The position numbers and the translations under genes are program-made. From Azolla caroliniana (taxonomy: Eukaryota; Plantae; Polypodiophyta): 64,000 nt of DNA. The stretch's first letter is position 1. Every line of letters begins with the position of its first letter. Of this stretch, positions 39,901-51,431 are shown piece by piece. The notes beneath the pieces were generated by a model. That model saw only the letters and a list, made by a program, of their open reading frames with translations, did no database searches and was not told where the DNA came from. Location of the stretch: contig JBHGNT010000021.1 in NCBI GenBank assembly GCA_043228905.1, positions 1,612,001 to 1,676,000 on the forward strand. The letters run 5' to 3'.

Positions 39901-42387
39901 AACAATGCTTGAGATTTTTCTTGCTAGAACTTAAGATACATAAAGAGATGTTGAAGGACAACAAGACAACTACAACATCTCATCAACAGAGGCTGTCACA
40001 ACTTTCTTTAGCTCAATCACTCTTTCTAATGCTACAAGTCAATCAAGGGCTACACAAGTGGGATCTTGACAAGGACACTCAAAAGGGGTTACAATAGATT
40101 GGAAAATGTAGTATCTTCCTCATATGTCGTGCCCATGTAGACCATGGCCCCTACCCTTGTATTTGACAAATAAAGACCATTATCATCCGGCACTGAAGGT
40201 GCTTCCCTCATTAAGAATTTTCTCCATCTTGGAGAAGCCCGTGTTGGAGATATTTCAATGGCATTAGTTTTAATCGGCCTAAGCTAAGAATCGTAAGTGA
40301 CTAGCTAGATTTTTTAGTACACTATATTTAGTTATGTTTATTTTGATTTGTTGTTCTTAAAGAAGAGACAACATTGTAAGATGCCATTCTTGTAACAATT
40401 TTCAGCCTCGTAAAACACCCTTGCCATCGACAGATAAAAGCCATTATCTCCCGCCATCGTAGGTGCTTCCCTCGCTTCGGAGACATTTCCATTCTGGATC
40501 GACCTATGCTAGAGATCGTTCAAAGACAAAAGCTACAATATATCTAACTTGAGAATCTCACATGTGCCAAAAACCAGATTCCCTCGTTTCTTTTCTTTTC
40601 ATCTTATTTACTTTTATATTTACTGTGTAATATTTATTTTATTTTGATTTGATCTCAAGACGGGACAACACTTAAGATGTAATCTCATGTTTGGTCTTAT
40701 AGGCCATTTTAGCCTCTTAAAAGACGTTAATATATCTTTCTTTCTTTCTCCATCTCAAACCCTTAACCTTCATATTAACCAAGAGCTTACCTTTCAAGTA
40801 TCTATCTGAAGTAGTTAGGCTTAACTTGTATGAAGAGTGGTTGGTTGGTAATATATATGCAGTGTCAATTATCTTTGATTTCTCACATTTCTTTTTGTAG
40901 TTAAGTGATTAACTAAGTAAAAAGTGCTTGAGTTAAGTCTTGTGCAAGTTCCTTAGCTTTATAATGATTAAGAAAGAGATTTCAAGAGGATGGTAAGTAG
41001 GGAGTTCGCTGAAGTGAACTAGTCACTTTGTTGGAAGCACTCGAAGACATTTGACAACTGTCTTCACCTGTCTCACCAACACTAGGCTCGTAGTTACCTA
41101 TCAAAACCCTTACAATGAACCAGCAAGAAGGTAACCGTCAGGATAGTTGAGTAAAGGAATGCTGAACGCAGATTTGTTGAGTCAAATCTACGAACAACGT
41201 ATTTAACTATTTCATGAGACGTGACCTAAGGTTCTAGGGGCTTTCATGAAATATTTCAACATATACAATGGGAGCTATTCATCAAAAGATAGTGGAGATA
41301 TTTATCAAACCTTTCATCAGCTTCCTAGAAGGAAGAGCCTACTAAAACAAATGTGATTTTCCCATAGGGCATGGAGTTATTCAAAATGAGATAGCATTGG
41401 ACCCAGTAACGATAGAAGCTTTGCTTGTACTGCAATCCAGATATTGAGCTTTTTGCACAAGGTCCAAGTACTTCCCGTGGCCTTTTCATATGTTGGTTAG
41501 ATGGATACATCTTTTAAAGATTGTTATGTATCCTATGCTAGTCAAGAGAACAATATATAATGTAGATATCCTCTTATGCAGTGATACCACAATTATGGAA
41601 GTATCTGAGAGAGAATACAAATTTCAAAATATTTAAAGAGAATGCATAAGTGGAATTATCAAAGTTGAACAAGAATCCCATATTCATACTCTCGGCAAAG
41701 ATGCATAACGTGGAAAATGAACAGATGTTACGTGTAATAGCGGAATAGATTTTTCAGGGCCCTACCAAAACTCAAAAGTCAAGTGACAAGTGTTTCATGC
41801 TGTCGCTTTATAATGTATTGGGATTATATACCAAATTCAGATGAGAAACGGAGGTTCAAGAATTAGAGGATGGTAGGAATGATGAAATTTACTGTCTCTA
41901 GAATGCTCTGGCTCACTCGCGGATGTGGTTCCCGGCCAGCTGTTGGGCGAATTTACATTGAGATACTGATAAAAGCATGAAAATTGCAAGAATTAGAACA
42001 TACATTTCGAGCTGGATTCAATGATCAATCGTAATACTTGTAGTGAAGAAAGTGAGAAGGTAACCCCCATTAGCAAGTTCATGGCCTCTTTGGTTGCACT
42101 CTTCTCGCGGTCTGATATGAAATTAGGAGAGAAAAAACAAAACAAGAAAAAATTAACATATACGAGCTGACAATCAAAAATCAGCTGTATTCTAGGGATG
42201 AATTTGGATGGGAAGGGAAAACCAGTGGAGAGAGGGAGGTTTTACCGAGTGGGCAAGTGATGAGGAAGCCCTTGAAGGAACGAGAGTTGGAGGGCGCCAC
42301 CATGTCTCCTCTTGACTTGTAGCTGAAGCGAGGGAGGCCGTGGCCATGCTGCTCCTCCCATGGCGATGCTCCTGGTCGACTCATCAT
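30968..42387 (-). CDS. THUMP-domain protein (AT1G09290-like), 7 exons, ~340 aa
   Basis: Exons 42387-42246, 42111-42065, 41965-41893, 36260-35951, 33611-33482, 31378-31217 and 31126-30968 are GT-AG and in phase. Motifs PWEEQ...PRFSYK...GFLITCPLDREKSATKEA, WCQRMIPIQATC, FAIRYNRRG, VVDLQTPQMVVIVEVLP, KPKLCVKPL. Confidence 0.88.
32370..32832. mobile_element. GGTTT/CGGTT-rich MITE-like element in a THUMP intron
   Basis: (ggttt)n, repeated cggttcggttt motifs, AT-rich core and a terminal ccgaactgtgcccattgctag end; same architecture as 42629-43088. Confidence 0.55.
33960..34680 (-). mobile_element. Highly degraded L1-type LINE 3' remnant
   Basis: Trp-rich broken frames such as IMWHSSIWILWRTE resemble the L1 ORF2 C-terminal W..IWK.RN segment. 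Confidence 0.4.
34702..34934 (+). mobile_element. 3'-end fragment of a non-LTR retrotransposon (copy 1) with CT-rich tail
   Basis: gaagacaaaag...ctaacttgagaatc...ggcctcttaaaagacgttaat is shared with 38655-38867 and 40520-40730. Confidence 0.8.
34886..35113. repeat. ~120-bp tandem duplication of a LINE 3' end plus flank
   Basis: cattttggcctcttaaaag..ttaatatctttctttctctc..ggtttttacag..aaattgggaaagagaagaccataatcttccacac occurs twice. Confidence 0.9.
36950..37850 (-). mobile_element. Non-LTR retrotransposon ORF2 fragment (RT thumb to C-terminal Cys/His domain; RTEX/L2-like)
   Basis: LFNAMVIQVLLYGVEIWG...IEKIQKMFLRRQLGVKCTT...LLETG; downstream SHKLDIE...CNEGMVEDE.HLLFTC; contains stops. Confidence 0.85.
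38229..38918 (+). mobile_element. 3'-end fragment of the same non-LTR family (copy 2)
   Basis: TTSLGRKMAHCKTHY...CLGLFLLELKRDREKLLKDN matches 63570-64000; shared 3' UTR ending aaaagacgttaat. Confidence 0.85.
39065..39620 (+). mobile_element. Degraded LINE RT-core remnant
   Basis: RIYWYFVDFLKAFD matches the RT CFVDF.KAFD motif. Confidence 0.6.
39770..40750 (+). mobile_element. Two head-to-tail 3'-end copies of the same non-LTR family (copies 3 and 4; junction ~40415)
   Basis: FYEIRGRYCCLFEQGFAPL...QCLRFFLLELK, then a diverged 3' UTR; a second, better-conserved copy starts at cacccttgccatcgacag and ends aaaagacgttaat plus a (tctt)n tail. Confidence 0.85.
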
Positions 42388-42628
42388 CTCTCCCAGCTTC
42401 TTCTGTCTATCTCTCGTCTCCAAGGGCTAACAATCAAAATCTATATATCTATCTCCCTCTGTCTCTGTCTTCCTCTGTTTTTAGAGACAACTTCCACTTC
42501 TCTCCCTCGAATCTCTATATCTCTGCAGCTTGTCCATGCATGGACTTTCTCTCTGGTAGACCAACAACAGCTATGGCTATGAAAAGCAGGAGGAGGGTGG
42601 GGGGCGGTTCCTTCCCCTCGAACCAGGC

Positions 42629-43088
42629 TCTAACAATCGGCAACGGTTCGGTTCGGTTCGGTTCGGTTCGGGAGTGTCCAAACCGTACCTGTTTGAAACC
42701 GAATCGTTTAAATCTTTAGAAACCTGAACTGACCCGAACCACGAAACCGTTAAACCGAACCATTAAAAAAATCTCAAACTGGTTAAATTATTAACCCGGT
42801 AAAACCGCGGTTTCGTAGTTCGGTTTCGGTTTTCAGCTTAGGTCAATTTTAAAATTTTAAAATATTTTACTATTTAAATTTTGAAAATTTTAAAGATTTT
42901 CGTAAAATGTGAGAATAAGGCATGAAACTGAAAAGGTTGTTTAAAAAATATATCCTCTTTTTTTTTATAAAAAAAATAATAAACCATTTAAACCACGATA
43001 TTTAACCGAACCGTTTAAATCGTTAAGCCATTAAGCCGTTGTTTCACAGTTCGATTCGGTTCAAACCGAACCATTGCCGATTGTTAGA
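42629..43088. mobile_element. MITE with 25-bp terminal inverted repeats in the THUMP promoter
   Basis: Left TIR tctaacaatcggcaacggttcggtt versus right reverse complement tctaacaatcggcaatggttcggtt (24/25); AACCG subterminal repeats and AT-rich core; no clear target-site duplication. Confidence 0.85.
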
Positions 43089-43452
43089 AGCCGCCGAAAT
43101 TCATGAAGTGCCCGTCCATCCGAACCATTTTATGTATATTCCAATTAGACCAAGGGAGGGTTTGGGGTGCATTGTGGTCGACTATGATTATTCACAAAAG
43201 AATTAGAATGTTTTTCAATCTTTCTTTATACAACGGATAGAAAAACGAAAAAAACAACTTCTCGGACTCGTCATGCCTCTTGATTTGTTGGCAAGGACAA
43301 GCCCAAAGCATCGTCATTCATCATAATCTATGACATTGAGGAGTGTGTGTTTGTTATAATATTCTATGTCCAATTCAATACTATAGAATATTAGATAATA
43401 CATAGGGCATTCATAATTATTAAAAAGGGCATAGACATCCAAAAATCTATGG

Positions 43453-43580
43453 TATAGAGGAAGTGCCTATTTTAAGAAACTCTATTTTTAGGAACTTTCA
43501 CTCCTCTCCATATATAGAGGAAGTGTCTATTTTTAGAAACTCTATTTTTAGGAACTTTCACTTCTCTCCATATATAGAGG
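43453..43580. repeat. 60-bp tandem duplication
   Basis: tatagaggaagtg.ctattt..agaaactctatttttaggaactttcact.ctctccata occurs twice. Confidence 0.9.
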
Positions 43581-44444
43581 TTGTGTATAAAGCTTTTGAA
43601 GCTCCTATTGTGTGAATGAGTTGTTTACTTAGTTTCATCTATTGTAGAAATATATTTTTTACTATTGTTTCAATTACCTCTTTATCTGACACGATGGACC
43701 GAAACAAGCCATGTTTGAAGAGCCAACAATATCGCCCCTTTTAGAATCTCACAAGAACACACAAAGACTCAAGTTTTTTTCCCCGATTCCAAATCTCTAG
43801 ACATGTAACTAGGTGGGATACAATAGGAGTGGTCGGTTCAGGGACGTTGTGAAATGTCTGGGCAGAGAGAGAGAGAGAGGAATAGCACGTTGTTACACGA
43901 TCACTTTTTTTATGATTAGGGTGGATCTCCGATCGAACTCAGACTCACGTGACCAACGCTACTCAACTATGTGAAGATGACTAGGTGAAGTATTTGGATC
44001 CACTAAACATACTAGCCCAGCCACCCTTTATCCAATTTTAAGAGATCCCATCAATTCATTTAAAACAATTGTCCCCTTTTCAGCGAGTCATGGGTAGCTT
44101 CTACATCCGTCGAGAAGACTTATTAGAAGCCCACGACTCACGGAGCCTTCTCTACTCGTCAATAACACATTCATCTCAATCCATCGAGGTGGGGTGTTGT
44201 GGTTTCGATCACGGAATCCCTCAACACAACAAATGTGTTACAATGGGCACCTTCTCTACTCATTGAGAAAGGTCCTCACCTCAATCCGTCAAAGGTGGTG
44301 TGTTGTGGTTCCAAGCACGGAACCTGTCAACACATTATACGTGTTACACACATGCTAGTGTCCTGTCCATGGGCCACCATAGATGGGTGGAGCGGCCTAA
44401 GTTGGTTCCAGTCGGCCGGTCAATACTCTAATTCAGGTTGCCGA

Positions 44445-44598
44445 TAGGAATCAACAACGGTTCGGTTTCGGATTAAGTGGTTTGGCATTGTCCAAAACCG
44501 AACCGGTTTGAGAGTTAGTTTTCATTCAAACTCGAACCAAACCGGTCTGAGAGTTTTCATTCAAAACTCGAAACCGAATTGGCTTCTTAAACCGAATC
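44445..44598. mobile_element. AACCG-rich MITE-like element upstream of MinE
   Basis: Starts taggaatcaacaacggttcggtttcgg, nearly the same end as at 3685. Confidence 0.6.
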
Positions 44599-44676
44599 CT
44601 GGCGGCCGGCCGGCCATTTCCGAGAGCAGTTCAGTTAGTACCCTCCACAAACATGTCCAAAGGCGGATGATGATAG

Positions 44677-44781
44677 ATAGGGTTGGGTTTTTAGGGTTTC
44701 ATTTGATTCTTCCATATAGGGTTTGGGTTTTTTAGGGTTTCGTTTGATTCTTCCGTATAGGGTTTGGGCTTTTAGGGTTTC
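44677..44781. promoter_or_regulatory. ~40-bp tandem repeat (2.5 copies) carrying telo-boxes (TAGGGTTT) in the MinE 5' region
   Basis: Five perfect TAGGGTTT motifs within the repeated unit atagggtttgggtttttagggtttc.tttgattcttcc.t. Confidence 0.75.
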
Positions 44782-44820
44782 TCGGTTCTCTGTGCCTGTG
44801 ACCTCCTCTGTGTCTAGGCT

Positions 44821-45767
44821 ATGGCAGTACAGCCAGAGCTGAAGATTTCCTCTGTTTCCTAGGCTCCTTCAGAGTACGCGCAGCTCACTGTCGATCCGAA
44901 TTCGCATTCTCTCTTCCCCTCATGTCATCGTTTCTGCAGAGCCATAGCTATGGTGGTATACTCAGCGTCGTGTCGAGTGACCATGATGAGGTTCTGCATC
45001 ATCACCTCCTGCTCACATCAAAGGGCTTCTGCAAGGTTTCCTGCTCTCCTATGCATCTTCTGAAAGGCTACAATCATCATCTTCTCGCAACCAAAGCCTC
45101 CCTCTTCCATCATCATCAACGTGGCGATGAGCAGCAGCAGCATCTCAAGCCTAGTAGGCCAATTAATCCAATGGCGAGGAGCAGCTTTGCTTCTGAGCCG
45201 AGGAAGATCATCGAGTCCATGGTTGCAGGAAATGATGACGACAGTGACGAGTCGCTCACTGCAGGGATGAACATATTCGACAGGCTTGCTCTGGCGTGGA
45301 CGATCTTGTTCCCCAAGAGAAAGATGAAAACATCCCCTGCTCAAATCGCGAAGCAGAGGCTGAGGATGATCCTCATTTCGGACCGGTGCTCTGTGAATGA
45401 CAGTGCCAAGCGGAAAATCGTGAAGAACATAGTCGGTGCCCTTGCGGACTTTGTGGAGATTGAGCCGCAAGATAGGGTTCGGCTGAACGTGTGTGCAGAC
45501 CCGGAGCTTGGCACGGTCTACTCCGTCTCTGTTCCTGTGCGTCGAGTGAGGCCCCAGTTCCAGGAGGAGGGAGAAGAGGAAGAGGAGGAGGAGGAGGAGG
45601 AGGAGGAGGAGGAGGGAGACAGCAGTGCATTGGTATCAGAAGAAATGCTTGATCAGTTCATGGGTGAGGGTTTGACACTGAACTCTTCATCAGATGTGGG
45701 GCCAAGCTATACTTCAGATCTGCTGGATACAGCTGCTGGGCTCATCCAAAAGAAGAAGATTGAATGA
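44821..45767 (+). CDS. MinE: Plastid division topological specificity factor MinE; start uncertain (ATG 44821 with intron, or ATG 44922)
   Basis: AQIAKQRLRMILISDRCSVNDSAKRKIVKNIVGALADFVEIE...LGTVYSVSVPVRRVRPQFQ is the plant MinE core; poly-Glu tract from (GAG)n; probable intron ending at tttctgcag (44939). Confidence 0.93.
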
Positions 45768-47544
45768 AGTGGCATCCTTTTCTTTCACAGGCTCAGTGGC
45801 ACAGGCTCAGGAGCAGGCCAGGTATACCCTATATGTATCACATAAACTTCCAAGTTGAGCATGCACATCAAACACATGCCTCTTCCTCTGGATTAGAATG
45901 TATGCAGCAGTACTGCTGCTGCTGTAAAATCAGTGTTTGCAATGAACTTGTACTTACATGTCTAAAAAAAATTTCACCTGCAATTTCAATTTCTGCTATG
46001 AAAATTCTGCGTTGATCAGCACATCTGACCCATCACATAAAGCTTGTGGGTCTAGGTACTGCGTTTTGGATAATTGTGTGTCGGTTTCTTTGGATTTCAT
46101 GCTTCGTAAGAGTGTCAGATTTGTTTGAATTGTGTATATGATGAGAGTGATCATCTATGTAAGTGCAAGCAAGACTAACAAGCTGGAACAGACGAGAATG
46201 ATCCTTCAGCTCCATGCATGATGGCAGGCTCTAGAGTTTCCGCTTCTATTGACTTATGCCTTTTGAGAATTAGATATGTCCAAATGTGATTGCAGCAATA
46301 ATTTAATGCTATTCGACGATATGAGAATTTACACTACAGAAAGACCAATGTGACAACAAATCTGGGAGGGTGTCAACAGAAAGCTTTAAAATGTTAGCGA
46401 ATCTGTCTTTGATATGGCAGTGTTGCAGTATACATAAGTATCACATAAGCTGAATGTCTGAGTAATGTAATGGAAGCCATTCAAGGAGTCATCATCTCTT
46501 TACCTGTGCATTCAATGTACACAGATTAAATTAGGAGTTTTACATAGGTAGCTGTATGATATGTGCAAATTTGGCTGTAAAGATGGAGTTGATATCGCTT
46601 GTCGGATTATAGAGGGGAATGTGCTGATTGGTGATTTCCAAGTTTGGATCCTTATTTTTCAACTTATGCATGACTTTGAGAACCTTTGTTCGCAATTTTG
46701 GTACACCATTGTTTCGTCATATTGCATGAAACCTGAATTTGACCTGTTTGAAACCTTGATCTCAATGACCTGCTCGACTTGGAATTCGATACAAAGATTT
46801 TGATATGGTCTCTGTATGAAACCTCTAAACCTCAAAGCATGTCTCTTGAGGTTTCTCGAAGCATTCTAAATTCATGAAGATCCTGCTATTTATGCCTTCA
46901 TTGGAATTCCAAGATTGTACATAGGATCAAACCCATGGATCCTATAAAGTATAGGGAAAATGTAGTCTCATTGTTTTTCCCTCAAAAATTAGAAGTTTCT
47001 TTAATGAATGCATCTTTTATGAAATATGCAGCTGAAGGCATGAATTTCAGCACGAAAGGCTTCCATGGATATTGCAATTGTTGATTCATTTGCCCGTCTT
47101 TGATGTGTGAAATGCCATAGCTGTTGCCATTCTTGTAAGTTCTGTATTGGTTTGTGATATATTAAGTCATTATTTGAAATTGCTACAATGAAGGTCTGGG
47201 CTTTATTTCCATATTCCCTAGAGAAGCTACATGTGAAAATGTACATGCATTATTTATTAAATATTTAAATCACGATAGGTCCTCTCAAATAATGTCATAT
47301 AGTATGACCATGGCATCTTTTTTGGTAGTTTGTACTTGAGATGGAACGAATGATATCAATAGGTAAACAATACAACCAAATTTAGACCATAAGCTTTAGC
47401 TAAGTGAATGATGGCAATGAGTTGTAATCTTTTCTCTTAAGTATTTCCTTGATTAGTTATATTTCGCATTGTTTCAACAAAAAGCCTTGATGTTGAATTC
47501 TCGATTTGTTTTTTGTGCTTGAACACAGTCCATCATTTTTGGCT

Positions 47545-47665
47545 TGTCTTAAGTTTACATTTGCCACACATTTACATGGTATGCCTTTCAAATCCTATCT
47601 TAAGTGTCTTAAGTTTACATTTGCCACACATTTACATGGTATGTCTTTCAAATCCTATCTTAAGT
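47545..47665. repeat. 60-bp tandem duplication
   Basis: tgtcttaagtttacatttgccacacatttacatggtatg.ctttcaaatcctatcttaag occurs twice. Confidence 0.9.
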
Positions 47666-50629
47666 ACAATCTCAATGAATTTCTCCATCCCAATTATTCG
47701 ATCACATTACAAATTTTTTTGCACACAAACAATTCATGAATGTGCGATGAGATAGGAGTTATGGATGACCTAGTGATAATGTTTGTGAAATGTTGACAAA
47801 GTCACCTAACACGCGATTAATTCTTTAATTGGATCATGTTGTAAGAGAACATAGGAATATCATTAATTAGTTGATTATATTTGACTTCATTGGACACATG
47901 GGTTTTACAACCAATATTTTGAGTGGTCCAAGTCTTGGCCTTCCACATTCCTTATATGTGACTGCTCTGAGCATTACTAACCATGTCATACTTGCCTTAT
48001 AATACTTGCAACTAGACATGTGTATAATGAGGTGGGAGACCATTCACATGTAACATAAGCTAGAGTTGAATTCATATGTGGGGTAAATATAGCAATGCAC
48101 AAAGAGGATTCTATGCCAAAACCCCTTGCTCCTGACAGTTCACACTTGGAAAAATAAGTACATGATCAAAATCCATCATAATTTGACACTAGATTTCTAT
48201 TTTAATAGGATATCTTCTTGAGTTATTCAACTACTACTTTTGTTTTGCTTTTGGTTTGCATTTAGATCTGAAGCTTGATAAATATCCTTATGGCGACACT
48301 AGACAAGCTATACATTATTTTGTTAGGCTTTGAATAGAAGATCCATCTTTAATGAGAAGTCAACATCAAGGACAAAACTTTAATCAATCATAATATAGAA
48401 TGACATATTCATGTATAACCAACATACACCATGATGCCTATGTTGGCATTGAGGAGGCTTATGAAGTGATAGTTATTAGTGCTATTGTCCCCATCTAAAA
48501 ACATGAATAGCAACATGTAGCCAAAATGCTTGAAATCATTACGAGTGTACAACGTTCCAATCCTATGAGCATTACAACAACTTTAAAAATATTATAACAT
48601 TGTAAAGCCAATTGTGCCTCGCTTTCCTTTGCATGTACATGTGGGACTCGTGAATGCAACTATTTTGAATTTGTCATACACTTCCCACAAATTCTACAGT
48701 CAAAACCCTTAAAAAGGGCAATGTTAATAAAACGAAGGAAAGTCAAAAGTGTACTGAAGTCAATGTAGTTGTAATGTTTTCCTTCCACCTCATCGATTAG
48801 ACATTGTTTTATCCCCGTGATGTATGAAGATTTTTGAATAAATTTAATACACATGCAAACAGAACCTTCAACCAACACATGTGGTTTCGACAATATGCAA
48901 AATTGGATTCACATTTCTATATAACAAATATCATTTTGTTTACAACGCAATCTAAATTTCAATATAATGCTTATCCCTTGTCATGATAACCATCAACGCT
49001 CACTTTCCAAAAAACAACCATTTATTTATTTAAGATCATACTCACATGGCTTTGCCAAGTTGCTCTGTTCTTCTATTTGGTGTTTATCTTATGCTCCTTT
49101 AACGATCATGCACACAAGAGCGTTGGAGACGAGCATGGCTCCTCCATATATACATGAGTAGACTAAGAATGCACCTATCATAGGCTATTACAAGTGTGCA
49201 TAGACCACAAGAATGTGAAGTGTTTGGCATTGAATCCAATGTTTGTTGTGACTTAAATGCAAACAACAACCGGTGGCTTCTTAGAGTGTGAGCATGGTAC
49301 AACATGAACACAAAGCAAAACCAATAATAGCTACACAGTTGGGGCCTACATGTGCCCACTTATTGTCTGAAAATGGATCTAATATCAACAAAAGCTTGTG
49401 TTAGGACGCAAGGTTCTTCGATTACTTGTCGAAAACATTCCTTTTTGCTTCAATCAACATTGTAGAGACAAACGACACAATATTGTTCCTCAAAGAGAGT
49501 GAAAATTATTATCAAGTGTGTTGCTACTATCAACTACGCCACATGACAAACAATGGCATATCGTAGTGTGATGTGTTATCTAGCATTGTATGCGCGTTAT
49601 CACATGTTCAGTTGCATACAATGCATGAATACACCAATTATGACATGAAAATAAGTAGGATTTCCAAGGCAAATAAGACCACCAAAACAAAAAGCATTCG
49701 TTTGGTAATATGGCAAAATTTTCCATATGCAGGCAAGTTGTTGGAAGAAGGAGAGGCATCACCAGGAACCATGAAGTCACTAACTTTGTTGCCAACTCAA
49801 ACAATGATGCTTATGGAAAAAAGTAACGAGTCATGAAACTAACTTTACGGTACATGCATTCACAGGTCTAGCAACAAGTAGTTCAAACGCATATATAATA
49901 ACAATGAACAACCTTGTGATTAGGAGAAACCCAACAACCTGACATTTGGAAAAGAGTAATGACTTGATGCACTTGAAGGTCACCTCAATTGATGCGAAAA
50001 GATTGGGCAGCCTCACTGCATGTATGCATAGTCGAACACAATGAGCCATATAACCATGTGGCAATCCGAAAGCATTCAGATGGCTCAATAAGGCAAGATG
50101 GGCTCGACCTTTGAGATCGAGGAGGTTCAAACACGTGTCTTGGCAAGACATCACATTCATAGTAGTCTTGATCGTTAAAGAGTATCGTTCCGGTAGGTCT
50201 ATTGGGTATATTGTATTATTATATTGGTAGTCCGCCATGCTCCTTTGTGATGGACATGACATTCTTTGCGAATACTGGACATAGTCACATAACATGGGTG
50301 TCAGAGGGGCGCTATATAGGGGGGCAGAAAATGCCACGAGGGTTTTAGGGTTCAGGGATCCGGATGCGAATGTTTGTTGTGACCAAGAATCGTGTTTGAG
50401 GACGCCCCCCCCCCCCCAAATGGTACAGGAGGTTGCGAAGGCCGAAGTTCCCGAGATTTAGGTCGATAATTGGACGAGGCGAGGCATCGACAAAGCGTGA
50501 ACTCCCGAGAGGCATCAATCAATCAATCCACCATCCAATTGGGTGTGTGTGTGTGTGTGTGTGTATGGGAGGGCCCAAACAAAGTTCAAAAACCAAGGAG
50601 GCAAAAAAAACCAAAGAAAAACAGAAAGC

Positions 50630-50768
50630 TAGAGAGAGAAACAGAGAAGAGAGAGAGAGAGAACAGAGAAGAGAGAGAGAAGAGAGAGAGGACAGAGAGA
50701 ACAGAGAAGAGAGAGAGAAGAGAGAGAGGACAGAGAGAACAGAGAAGAGGGGAGAGAGAGAACAGAGG
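50630..50768. repeat. GA-rich compound repeat near the HAC transcription start
   Basis: Repeated gagagaacagagaagagagagagaag units. Confidence 0.9.
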
Positions 50769-51431
50769 AAGGCTGGCTTTTGTGGATTGGTGTGTGTCCT
50801 TCCTCCTCCTCCTCCTCCTGCTGCTGCTTTCCTGCGCGCGCGCGAGAGAGAGAGAGAGACAGAGCTTTGGTCTCAATTCTTTCAGCGATCCGCCCCTCCA
50901 CCGTAACTGACCCGCCACCATCATCATCCCCATCTCTCTCTTTCTCTGCTCATACATAAGCGAGATGCCCTCTCTTCCTTCTTCGTATTCCCCAAGGGGA
51001 ATGTAAGTGAAAGGGGCAGGGAAAGAAGCGCCCCCCCTGCATCGTTTGTTCTTTTAGTACCCGAAATATATACATATATTTTCACCCCTTCAAACCCTGA
51101 ATAAAATCCTCTCTTCTCCGATGATCGGCATCCACCATGGTTTTATATTCAATTGGGAGCACGGCGATCTTAGGTATGCATATTTGTCTCTGTCACTGCA
51201 GATATTATCACTTGTACACATATACATATGCATATGTCTCTATGTTTGTACAGGTAATACGTCAATGCAGTATGGTAGCTTGTGTCCTCCTTATCACTTT
51301 GCAATATCTTTGAAAGGAGGGATATTGATAAAAATGAGATAATTTCCGATTCATATCCAGGAGCGAATTGAAGAATCTGGATGTTGGTTCACTGTTCGAA
51401 ATGACATGAATTAAGTTTGCAAAATAAAAGT

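Noticed and set aside
45018-45630. Antisense ORFs (150, 66 and 85 aa) over MinE
   Set aside because: Shadow frames of a GC-rich coding sequence
48400-50340. 168-aa ORF (49831-50337) and neighbouring short ORFs
   Set aside because: No motif I can recognise; probably decayed TE DNA, and the class cannot be assigned by eye
50433-50957. Several 90-157-aa ER-rich or SL-rich ORFs
   Set aside because: Products of the GA-rich repeat in the HAC 5' region
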